The position numbers and the translations under genes were made by a program. DNA of 64,000 nt from assembly GCA_964016885.1 (NCBI GenBank), contig OZ024743.1:322152001-322216000 (forward strand), written 5' to 3'. Source of the stretch: Eledone cirrhosa. Taxonomy: Eukaryota. This document shows positions 40,305-51,528 of the stretch, piece by piece. Position 1 is the stretch's first letter, and the number at the start of each line of letters is the position of its first letter. The notes beneath the pieces are model-generated. The model ran no database searches. It was given only the letters and a program-made list of their open reading frames with translations, and was not told where the DNA came from.

Positions 40305-40505
40305 ACTTTACCGGTCGCCGTCGAGACTTCACACATCGTCGGACGCCGTACAGCCAAGCTCTTCCCTAACATTGGAACGACAGCAGCCCGTCTGAGGAAG
40401 GAGCCGCGCGAGGAAGAGTGACTGTTGCAGCGGGTGTCGCTGCCCATTGTCCGCGGAAATGGCTTTGCAATTTTATCCGCGGGCACAGCCGAAACTCCGC
40501 TCTGA
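40305..40505 (+). pseudogene. CRE-like RLE retrotransposon 3' fragment
   Basis: LPVAVETS..G...IG...EPREEE*LLQRVSLPIVRGNGFAILSAG. Confidence 0.7.
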
Positions 40506-41234
40506 CCTAGGTGTAGAAACTGTCACCCTCCCCTTTCCTCCTCCCTTTCTTCCATAGCCTAATAGTCCTTTCTCTTCCCCTCCTTTTCCTCTCATTTACG
40601 ACATTCATAGTCCTTTCCTTTACTTTCCTACACAGCCAGATCTGCCCTTTTTTTACCCCTTCCCTTTTTTTTCATTACTTAATTTTGTTTTTATCCTTTC
40701 TAAATATTTCCCTCATTGTATAACCCTTGTTCAATAAATGCAAGGTATTTGACCCTTTAAAAAAAGTATAAGGTTTGTAGACAGAGATGACCAGTGTCTA
40801 AACTACGTATAAGAGCATGGCCGTGTACGTATGAATGTATATATATATATATATAAGGAAATATATATATATATAAGGAAATATATATATATATAAGGAA
40901 AAAAGATGAAATCGAAAATGCAACTGAAGTCTTTTTAAGAATATTTATTTGTTTCCTTTACCGGTTTCACAGTTCTTATGCTTTTCAAAAGTAGAATTGA
41001 GATGGAGGGTTTGTGGTTTTTCTATATCGACTTTCGTCAAATTGGACCGAGGAAACAATGTTTCCTTTGGTCTTTCCAATTGCTAATACTATTTATCGGT
41101 CGCAAATCCAGGTAGAAGGAGCAACGTGAAATAAAGTGTCTTGCTCAACGACATAACGCATCGCCTGGTCCAGAAATCGAACTGACCTCACGATTGCGAA
41201 TCCAGTTCTCTAACCAATCAGCCACATGCCTTCA

Positions 41235-41277
<43 letters not shown>

Positions 41278-42044
41278 ATATATGTGTGTGTGTGTGTGTG
41301 TATGTGTGTGTGTGTATGTATGTGTGTGTGTGCATGTGTGTGTGTAAGCATCTATGTATACACATATGCATATATGCATACACGTATGTATGTATGTATC
41401 TGTATATGTGTGTATGTATATATGTATGTATACACGTATATATGTATGCATGTGTATATGTGTGTTTTTGCATGCATGTGTGTATGCATGTGTATTTGTA
41501 TATATGTATGCACTATGCATGTATGTATGTGGGGAAGGGGTTTGATTCCAGCACAAGTAAGGCCGAATGGTTAGGTAATTCATTTGACAAGCATGTGGTT
41601 TTCCGGGTTCGATCCCACACAACGTCATCTTGAACAAATGTTGTTGTTTTTTTTATTTTTTTTTTTACATATCTTTGACTCAACAAATGTATCGTATGTG
41701 AAAGTGGCTTGTGGAAACTGTGTGCAAGCCCGTCCGATGGATTGTGGTTGTAGTTAAAATGGTCGGCCTTATACAGATTCTTCCCGGTTATTGCGTTAAA
41801 GTTACACGTATCAGTGGAATACTCAACATAGACTGTACTTGTAATTCAAAGGGTCAGCCCTTTATCACATTATCTCACACTGATTCTTCCTTAAGGTTGT
41901 GATAAAGGTACGTATCTGCGGAATACTCAGGCCAGCAAATACCCAGTGCATTACTGATACTTTATTTTATCGACCCCGTAAGAATGAAAGGTAAAATTAA
42001 CCTCGGCGGGATTTGAACTCAGAATGGCAAGGGCCGTAACTCTA

Positions 42045-42394
42045 CTCTCGGGTCTCGAATAGTCGTCCTCCCCGGCTCTTATCCCCCCCCCCTCCAAAAC
42101 CCGCTTATTAAATTTTGTCAATCTATCTCCGGCGAAATTTTATTTTAAGTGGTAGCAATCCTGCGACAATTAATTTGTTTAATACATTTAAAACGCATTA
42201 TACATGACAAAAAAAGCACGTTACTAAAAGTCCCGAACGTTATAAAATAAATAGGATGGGTAGGGGTCTCAATATTAAACTAAACGATTGATTCTGTTGT
42301 TTTTTTTAAATCAACAGCGACAACCTAGAAGAATTACCAATTGTCCAACACCCCGCTTATTCCACTCACACCCCTATTATTTGGGACACGAGAG
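42045..42394. mobile_element. MITE-like DNA transposon remnant interrupting SINE sequence
   Basis: Imperfect TIRs (TA)CTCTCGGGTCTCGAATA / TATTTGGGACACGAGAG; SINE A sequence on both sides. Confidence 0.55.
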
Positions 42395-43191
42395 TTCATT
42401 GAGGGGTGAAAGTCGATTAAAACGACCTCACTACTTGACTGGTACTTTATTTTATCAACCCATGGAGGGATTTGAACTCAGAACATAGAAAGTCGTAAGT
42501 AAACGCTACAAAACATGTTGTTACGACTTCCTACCAATACGGCCGATTCAACGCCCTCAAATAAACAATAGTTGTTTCTACTTTTGGCACAAGGCCAGCA
42601 ATTATTACAGTGCATTACTGGTACTTTATTTTAACGACCCCGTAAGGATGAAAGGCAAACAAATAAATAAATGATGGACCGAAACTGTAATTCATTCGGT
42701 CAGTCTTCTCCAGCACTGTGTAATACTGATTACACCTTAGGATTAAGTTAAAGTTACACCTGGCTGTGGAATACTCAGCCACATATTAATGGACTGTAGA
42801 CGTTTACACTGATTCTGTCAGTGGATTACGAAACCCTTTCATTGTCTTATTTTTAATTAATCACATTGTATTTCAATTTCTTAATGAATGGTTTAGAACA
42901 ATTTGCTAAATTTATTAATTATTTCATTATTAAAATTACATTTGTAATATAACTTAGTAAAAGGGTTTTATATCAAATTTTGATTTAAACAAGAACCCTT
43001 TAAAATGATTTTGTTTCACAGAACCGGGTTTAGCTGGGTGAATATCAAACGGGTTAAGGGCCCTCATGGTAGGAATATTCAGTCACTTTAATTATATATT
43101 ACCGGGTCAGGCCGGTTCTACCTAAGAGTTAGAAGTGTCTGCAGAAACCACTTACACATTAGTTCAGTGGGTGGCAACATGTGAGCCACTG

Positions 43192-43827
43192 AGTTGTTCC
43201 ATGTGGCTCTCACACCTTTACAGTGTTTATATGTGAGCTATGGATCATTTAGTTGTTCCATGTGGCTCTCACACCTTTACAGTGTTTATATGTGAGCTAT
43301 GGATCATTTAGTTGTTCCATGTGGGTCTCTCACCTTTACAGTGTTTATATGTGGGCTATGGATAATTTAGTTGTTCTATGTGGGTCTCACCTTTACAGTG
43401 TTTATATGTGGGCTATGGATAATTTAGTTGTTCTATGTGGGTCTCTCACCTTTACAGTGTTTATATGTGGGCTATGGATAATTTAGTTGTTCTATGTGGC
43501 TCTCACCTTTACAGTGTTTATATGTGGGCTATGGATCATTTAGTTGTTCCATGTGGGTCTCTCACCTTTATAATGTTTATATGTGAGCTATGGATCATTT
43601 AGTTGTTCCATGTGGGTCTCTCACCTTTACAGTGTTTATATGTGAGCTATGGATCATTTAGTTGTTCCATGTGGGTCTCTCACCTTTATAATGTTTATAT
43701 GTGAGCTATGGATCATTTAGTTGTTCCATGTGGGTCTCTCACCTTTATAATGTTTATATGTGAGCTATGGATCATTTAGTTGTTCCATGTGGGTCTCTCA
43801 CCTTTATAATGTTTATATGTGAGCTAT
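43192..43827. repeat. 57-60-bp minisatellite, ~11 units
   Basis: AGTTGTTCCATGTGGGTCTCTCACCTTTACAGTGTTTATATGTGAGCTATGGATCATTT. Confidence 0.92.
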
Positions 43828-43960
43828 AGATAAAACTAAAATAATCGAAAGTGGGAAATGGATTACAAAAGAATTTGCTGACCATTCCGTTAGGTAGTTT
43901 AGTTGACGTGGCTATTAGAAGAATCTTCGTCAAAATCGACAGGGATCCACACACACACAT

Positions 43961-44016
<56 letters not shown>

Positions 44017-44208
44017 GATAAATGAAACAAAACAAACACAGGAATGCAAAACTACTAAGTCATATTAGGTTCACGGAGGAAGTGTGTGTGCATGTGTCAG
44101 TATTTATGTCCCGTAACAATTCGGCAAAAGTTATATTCATAAAATAAATACTAAATGTGTGTGTATATATATATGTGTGTGTGTGTGTAGAGTAGAGAGA
44201 GAGAGAGA

Positions 44209-44248
<40 letters not shown>

Positions 44249-44295
44249 GTGAGAGAGAGAAAGAGAGAGAGAGAGAGATGTGTATGTATATATGC

Positions 44296-44350
<55 letters not shown>

Positions 44351-45171
44351 GGTAAATTCAGGTGTTTGTTGAAAAATAAAAATTAAAATGTTTAATGTCA
44401 AGACTTACGAATTTTTTGGCCACTTCCCATCCATCTTTGTCATTTAAGTAATTCTGTAGTTTTAGCGCCACTCCTTGGGCTACACTCCGGTATTCCTTCT
44501 CATCCATTGCCATATAGCTGCTGTCGATGATGATAATGATGCTGTCTGTATTATTGTTATTATCGCTACTGTTGTTACGGGGTCGATAAAATAAAGTACC
44601 AGTAATGTACTGGATAATTGATGGCCTTGTGCCAAAAGTAGAAACAATTATTGCTACTGTTGTTGTTTTTATAACAGAGTTCTACTCCTGTTCTTTCTGA
44701 TGACGGTGATGCTGATGATAGTATCACTGATAACAGTGTATATATGTGTCCGTTTATATGTGTGTGTGATTGTATGTATGTGTTTGTTTCTTCCTTCTGA
44801 CTGTCTTTCGTTCAACTAAACTCTCTCATATTGTATTTCGCTGTTTAACAATTTCATTAACGCAATTAATAAAATTACTAAAGACACTAAGATATTTATT
44901 ATCTCGATGTTTATTATGATTTGTACCTTAGCTAATATTATCTCTATATTTATGTTGTTTCCCTCGTGGCAAATAAACAAACAATTGTTGTTATTGTTGT
45001 TGTTGTGATTAGTATTTTTGCATGTATTTTTAATTGCTAATATTGTAGAAAATAGTTGTATTTCTATATTAACAATGTTATATGTTCGCTACCATATCTA
45101 TATTAACGATGTTATAATGAGTTATCAAACTTATTAAAAGGGCAGCCAACAACAGCGTGTTTATATAAATA

Positions 45172-45258
<87 letters not shown>

Positions 45259-45540
45259 ATATATATATATATGTGTGTGTGTAATGACGAAAATAAAGCT
45301 AATGAAATAGAAAAAATATTTTAATTATTATTATATGATTGTTGTTGTTGCTATTTGGATGTGAATTAAGCAAGGAACTATTCCTTGTTAAACAACTTCG
45401 AATTATATATTGTATATATATAGATCTATATGTGCTTATGTTAATGCGTATGTATATGTGTGTATATATATACAATATACAGTATATGTTTGTGCGTGTG
45501 TTTATGCGTGCGTCTGTGTCTGTGTATGTATATATATACA

Positions 45541-45593
<53 letters not shown>

Positions 45594-46065
45594 TTATATA
45601 TATGTATATAATATGTATATGTACAAAATAATATATACAACTATTTGTTACTCCGCTCGTCCAGCAAGCAGCTAAGCTTTGTGACGTTTATACGTCTAAC
45701 TGGCAAAACGTCCAACCGGCAAAGTGACTTCACTCCATCATCAAATATACTACTTTCTCCCTCAATCACTCCGTCTATCTCCCCCACTTTCTATCTATCT
45801 ACCCCCCCCCCTCTCTCTTTCCCTCTTCCTTCACAGACATAGCCGCCTCCACCACCGCTGCCAACTGTCCGTCCCACACTATTTTTTGTTTTTTTTTAAA
45901 GTATTTTTTTGTTATTGTTATCTTTTCTTTGCTTGGCTGTCTCGCTTTCATTCTTTTCTTTTTCCTCTTTTCAAATTCTTTTCTCTTCCGTCTCTGCATC
46001 TTTGTCAGTCTATCTATCAATCTATCTGTTTGTCTGGCTGTCCATCTATATGTCTGTCTCTCTTC

Positions 46066-46130
<65 letters not shown>

Positions 46131-46192
46131 CCTATCTATCAACCTAACTATCTTTCTATCAACTACCTTACATCTATTAATCTACAATCTAT

Positions 46193-46282
<90 letters not shown>

Positions 46283-46511
46283 GAGAGATAGATAGATATA
46301 TATAATTCACAGAGCAAAAGAGAAAAATAATTTTCTTTCATAGCGAGTCTCTCATATGTTTCTTGTATATAAACATTGTATAGGCTTTCATATACACCCC
46401 TATTCTATATATACATATAAACACACGCATATGAATATAAACACACACACATATATATATGTATATAGTTATACACACACACACACACATATATATATAT
46501 GTGTATATATT

Positions 46512-46615
<104 letters not shown>

Positions 46616-46697
46616 TTTATATATACATATATATATATACACACACACACACTCGCACGCACGCACACACACACAAACACTCGCTCACACACGCGCA

Positions 46698-46728
<31 letters not shown>

Positions 46729-47177
46729 CTGTGTATTCGCCCACTTGCTCACTCCTCAATCTGGGGATGTATCATCTCTCTGTTTACTTAATCAATCTGA
46801 TTTGTTACTTGGGAATAATTATCTTATTCAACTCCCATTAAACTAATTAACATAATATATTAAACTCCTCCCAGATTTTCTACCCCTTCTCCTATATCGC
46901 TATCCCCCACCTCCTCGCTCTGATTACTTTCATCTGGGCTATGTAGAGAGCTTGTATAATATTACAGGTGTTGTTCTCTCTCCCTCAGTGTCTGTCTGTC
47001 TGCTTATCTCCCATCCCACTCGCTCTCACACATACTACCAGTTCTATCTCCCTCTCTGTATATATAAATATAAGTGTGTGTGTGTGTCTGTGTGTCTGTG
47101 TGTGTGTGTGTGTGTGCGTGCGCGCGCGCGTATGTGTTCGTGCGTGTGCGTATGTGTGAAATATACATATATATAGT

Positions 47178-48101
47178 TCAGGTCTAGCTGTCGAAATGGC
47201 CGGAGCTCAGCCGTCGGGGTCCGGTATTTGTCGGAGATTTCTTCATAGGAGCCTTTATTCTTATAGCTTGATCTAATTGATTTTTTATATGGTTAATTAT
47301 GCTAATTGGGAGAGGAAACGGTATATATTTTATCTGGTGATTCTATAGACATGTTTTATGATATATAGCTCTGATTATTTAATTTATTAATTCTTCATTG
47401 AGCCACAAAGTGACCCGTTGTAAAACATATATATATCTATGGCTTTATATATATATATATGTAAACCTTTATATGTAATAATCTCCTGTTAGGTTGAGAT
47501 ACAATTTGGCTGTATTGGGCTGCGCTTTCTAGCAAAAAGCCTACCAGCCGTAAGCAACTAATCACATCCTTTCTAACTTGACCGCTGCCACGTCACGATT
47601 CTTAGCCATTTTTGAATGTATTCTTGGCGCGATCACTTTGGAAAATTAATTGTCTAAATTTGAGCTAACTCCTGAAGAATCCGAAGCTCTAGATATCCTA
47701 TGTTATCGGATGTCTTAAAATGCGGATGAAACCATGATAGAGGTAATTAAATATGTACACTTTTCTTCCAGCTTATTTTACACCTAATTCTGTTTAGTTG
47801 ACTGTATATCTGGTCGATTTATACATGCTGTCTAAATATTCGATAAATACTCCGTCGTAGCCGCCGCGAAGGGGCTGCTTTCGGTTATTTGTTGGAGATT
47901 TCTTCATAGGAGCCTTTATTCTTATAGCTTGATCTAATTGATTTTTTATATGGTTAATTATGCTAATTGGGAGAGGAAACAGTATATATTTTATCTGGTG
48001 ATTCTATAGACATGTTTTATGATATATAGCTCTGATTATTTAATTTATTAATTCTTCATTGAGCCACAAAGTGACCCGTTGCAAAACACATATATATCTA
48101 T

Positions 48102-48110
<9 letters not shown>
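47178..48110 (+). mobile_element. Partial-tandem non-coding element: ~225-bp direct repeats (47227-47450, 47885-48110) with hammerhead motifs
   Basis: Near-identical direct repeats ~660 bp apart; hammerhead 3' half at 47190-47222; full motif at 47669-47743. Confidence 0.7.
47669..47743 (+). ncRNA. Type I hammerhead ribozyme motif with extended stem II
   Basis: CTC-CTGAAGA-ATCCG...AGATATCC..GGATGTCT...CGGAT-GAAA-CCATGA-TA-GAG. Confidence 0.7.
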
Positions 48111-48171
<61 letters not shown>

Positions 48172-48173
<2 letters not shown>

Positions 48174-48355
48174 GTTTCTACTTTTGGCACAAGGCCAGCA
48201 ATTATCCCAGTACATTACTGGTACTTTATTTTATCGACCCCGTAAGGATGAAAGGCAAAGTAAACCTCGGCGGGAATTGAACTCAGATCGTAAAGGGACG
48301 TAACTATGCTGGAAAGCATATCCTACCCTCTACCGATACTGCCAATTCACCGCCC
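48172..48355 (-). mobile_element. SINE family A full-length copy inside (TA)n
   Basis: Family A motifs. Confidence 0.85.
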
Positions 48356-48451
48356 TTATATATATATATATAATAACCATCATATATATATAATAATTAT
48401 CATATATATATATATATATATATGATAATTATTACATATACATATGATAAT

Positions 48452-48482
<31 letters not shown>

Positions 48483-48977
48483 ATGTGTGTGTGTGTGTGT
48501 GTGTATGTATATGTATGTATATATATGATATTAAAGAATCGTGATCCGACGTCTGACGTCTTGTCGTTTCAACAGCCAGGACCAGACTCTGCGTGACACT
48601 ATTTTTTTAGCAAATCTTACTCTTGTTAATTTTAGGGTGTTCTTTATGGATATGAAGTCCGTTTGGCTCCACAACATCTACATTTTGATCTACAAGATAT
48701 CCCACATTTTCTGAAAAAATGTCTAATCTTGTGAACATGCATGTAATTTATTAATGTGATAAACTACAATTTATTACTGTTAAAATGATAATATACATTT
48801 AGAAAAAAATTACCACAAAAAAGTTACAGCATTGATTTCACTGTCAGGATCAATAGCATGGAGTTCAAGAAGATATATAAGAGATGTCAACATGAATGGT
48901 CCTGTTATTTTTATCTAAAGGCATTTTTTCCAATTACAAGCCGTCCGTCCCATCAATCTATCTTATTTCCCATTCTT

Positions 48978-49015
48978 TCTTCTGATGAAAGACCAGCGTC
49001 CGAAATGTTAAGGCT
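48978..49015 (+). ncRNA. Minimal hammerhead-like motif; related degenerate copy at 49531-49560
   Basis: CTGATGA-AA-GAC cagc GTC-C-GAAA-TGTTA; context matches the 13495/26485 family. Confidence 0.5.
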
Positions 49016-49131
49016 CTCTTCCTGCTATTTCAAGCGTTAACCTAATATATTCCTTCCATATATGTACTGATTGTGTTGCTATTTCTGTTTACCTTTTACA
49101 TATATATGTGTGTGAGTGTGTGTGTGTGTAT

Positions 49132-49410
49132 GAAGATGTGGGAATACCAAACGCAGAAAATAACTGCAACATCATTCGATCGCTATCAATAATAGTTTAG
49201 AAAATCGGGTAAAATACCCTTATAGATGAGAAAAGTGTCAGCAACTGCTACGGAAAATAAATCTCCATCTTTCTCGAATACCGTGTGATTATTCGAGATA
49301 TACTAAGTTCGAATCACCATATCAGCTGCAGAGCCGCTTTTCTAGGCTATTAATTATATCCATCGAGTGGTATTGCAGTTAATTTCTGCGTTTGGGAATC
49401 CCACGTTCTC
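49132..49410. repeat. Old imperfect inverted repeat (~50-bp arms)
   Basis: GTGGGAATACCAAACGCAGAAAATAACTGCAA versus TTGCAGTTAATTTCTGCGTTTGGGAATCCCAC. Confidence 0.7.
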
Positions 49411-49726
49411 AAAATTTAAATCACGCAGTGCTTCAATAATTCTGACAGGACATACGCGTGCTTTTTCTCTCAATTTTTTTCCTTTTCTTCTTCTCTGTCA
49501 TTCCATTTCTTTTCTTCCTCATTCTATCTTCTAATGAGGAGCTAATGTCCGAAACACCGAGACTCTTTTCCTTCTATACTAGCATTAAACTAAAATATAT
49601 CTTCATTGTACTTTAGCATTTTGTTGTGTTGTTTACCGTTTATGTTTTGCACACATACATACATACATACATACATACATACATACATACATACATACAT
49701 ACATACATACATACATACATACATAC

Positions 49727-50270
49727 ATGATGATGGCTGCCCCTCGTTATCGAGTATGGCCATTGCACGATATACCATTATTAATAATTATTAATTAATT
49801 CTATCGTGCAATGCCTGTGCGTGAAGATTTTTTTTAAAGTGAGGAAAGACTGTGCACTGAGCCAATCCCACTCTCTGAGTGACAATAGCTATAACCCGAA
49901 AAGAAGAAAAGATCAACATCATCGGTAACTACTGAACCGCAGGTTTTATATCGGAGTTATCCCAGTTTCCTGAGTTGCCTTCTCCAAGAAGAATGCCCTG
50001 ACAAAGGTTAGGGGGTCCTTCACTCCCAGTGGTTTAACCGCGCGGTACATGTGTTTTTACATATTTACACACTTTAGGATGGCCGTTGACTCTTATGAGT
50101 TCTTCCGCCCTTTGTCAGGTTTTGTTTTTTGTCCTGCAGGGTATCCAAAATCGCCCTCCTCGCCAAATAAACTTTGTTGGGTTTGCCGGTTTAATCGCCG
50201 ACGACCCGACCATGCGACAGGTTGTACTGGGTTACATGTTACCAGTAGCACTGAAGAGTGACTCGACATA
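49727..50270 (-). mobile_element. Non-autonomous RTE derivative (5'UTR-like part joined to 3' tip) flanked by (CATA)n
   Basis: 3' tip GCAATGGCCATACTCGATAACGAGGG..GCCATCAT-(GTAT)n nearly identical to the tip at 50350-50390; RTE 5'UTR-like CCTAACCTTTGTCAGGGCATTCTTCTTGGAGAAGGCAACTC. Confidence 0.6.
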
Positions 50271-50349
50271 ATACATACATACATACATACATACATACAT
50301 ACATACATACATACATACATACATACATACATACATACATACATACATA

Positions 50350-51015
50350 CATGATGGCTACCCCCTCGTTATCGAGTATGGCCATTGCACAAGAAAAAAA
50401 AACAACATAATAATAACAATAATAATAATAATAACAACAATAATAATATACATATATATATACACACGCACACACATAAACATATCTATACACACTCACA
50501 CACGATAGCAATTAACAGCGCTGCGATCGAATGTGGCATCTAACATGTCTTGCACAGAGTCGGCAACCAAAACATTCACTGGGAATAGCCGGCTGTGGTT
50601 GGAGTTCATGTACTTTTGCATGTCGTTTGAGCCCTCCTGCTGATTTACATTCTCTACCACATGCTTGGCAAGCATGATGAGTAGCATCTCCAACAGCAGC
50701 CTGGTAGTCAACCACTGGTCTTACTCATGACTGCGAAGATAACTTTCTAGTCCAGCTTTGCTTAGGCAGAGTCTCGCACAGATGCTGCATGTCAGCACCA
50801 TAGGAGGACCTTCGCTGTCTGGAAGTGCAACAGCAATGCCCTTCCTCACATCCAGCTTTACTTTCTCGTATGCGATTCGAGATGCCTCAAAGGCAACTTT
50901 TCCCTCATATACAGTCTTTCTCCATTTATTACGATCAGCAACAACATTTCCCCATGTATGAGCAGAGATGTTAGCGTCTTTCAAAGAGGCTTTCAACGAA
51001 TCCTTATACTTCTTT
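50350..51015 (-). mobile_element. 5'-truncated RTE-clade LINE with C-terminal C2H2 zinc fingers and (CATA)n tail
   Basis: YKDSLKASLKDANI...W..VVADRNKWRKTVYEG...CSICARLCLSKAGLESYLRSH and CQACGRECKSAGGLKRHAKVH. Confidence 0.85.
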
Positions 51016-51102
51016 TACATACATTTTGATCTACAAGATATCCCACATACATACATACATACATACATACATACATACATACATACATACATACATACAT
51101 AC

Positions 51103-51504
51103 AATGAGGAATATGTTGAGATAGATGGCACTAAGGAATGTTGGTGGAACCTCAAAATAAAAACTGCCACCAAATGAAAACACAACCGGCCTGATATTGA
51201 AAACGTGCTCTGTTGTAGAGATTAGCTGCGCATTTGATGTCAACGTTGTAAGAAAATACAAGAGAAGGAGGACATCTACGGACCATTGATGAGAAGTTTG
51301 CAGATCCGGTGTCCAAGATACACCTTCAGCTTCATACACATCATTATTGGAGCTATAGGTTATATACCAGTCCATTTGGACCAAAGTATAACTGAACTTG
51401 GATTTGTGGACAAAGAACGCAGCTCCCTAATTCATAGAATACAAATGGCTGCGATAGCTGGCACCTTCAACATTTGCAAAACATTCTTGAGATTCAAGGG
51501 ATGA
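51103..51504 (+). pseudogene. R4-like RLE retrotransposon endonuclease fragment
   Basis: ECWWNLKIKTATK*KHNRPD..VEISCAFDVNV...EKEDIYGPL...IIIGAIGY...ICKTFL. Confidence 0.8.
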
Positions 51505-51528
51505 CAATTTCTTTTCTTTTACACCCAC

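Noticed and set aside
43192-43827. CRISPR array
   Set aside because: Contiguous tandem units without variable spacers; eukaryotic context; no cas genes
44698-44722. CTGATGA matches here and at ~54607 as hammerheads
   Set aside because: No stem II/GAAA/stem III arrangement follows
50170-50270. HDV-like ribozyme at the 5' end of the RTE derivative
   Set aside because: A P4-like hairpin is present but P1, P2 and P1.1 pairings could not be assigned by eye
50512-50996. Host C2H2 zinc-finger gene
   Set aside because: Fingers are contiguous with RTE ORF C-terminal motifs and the RTE tail
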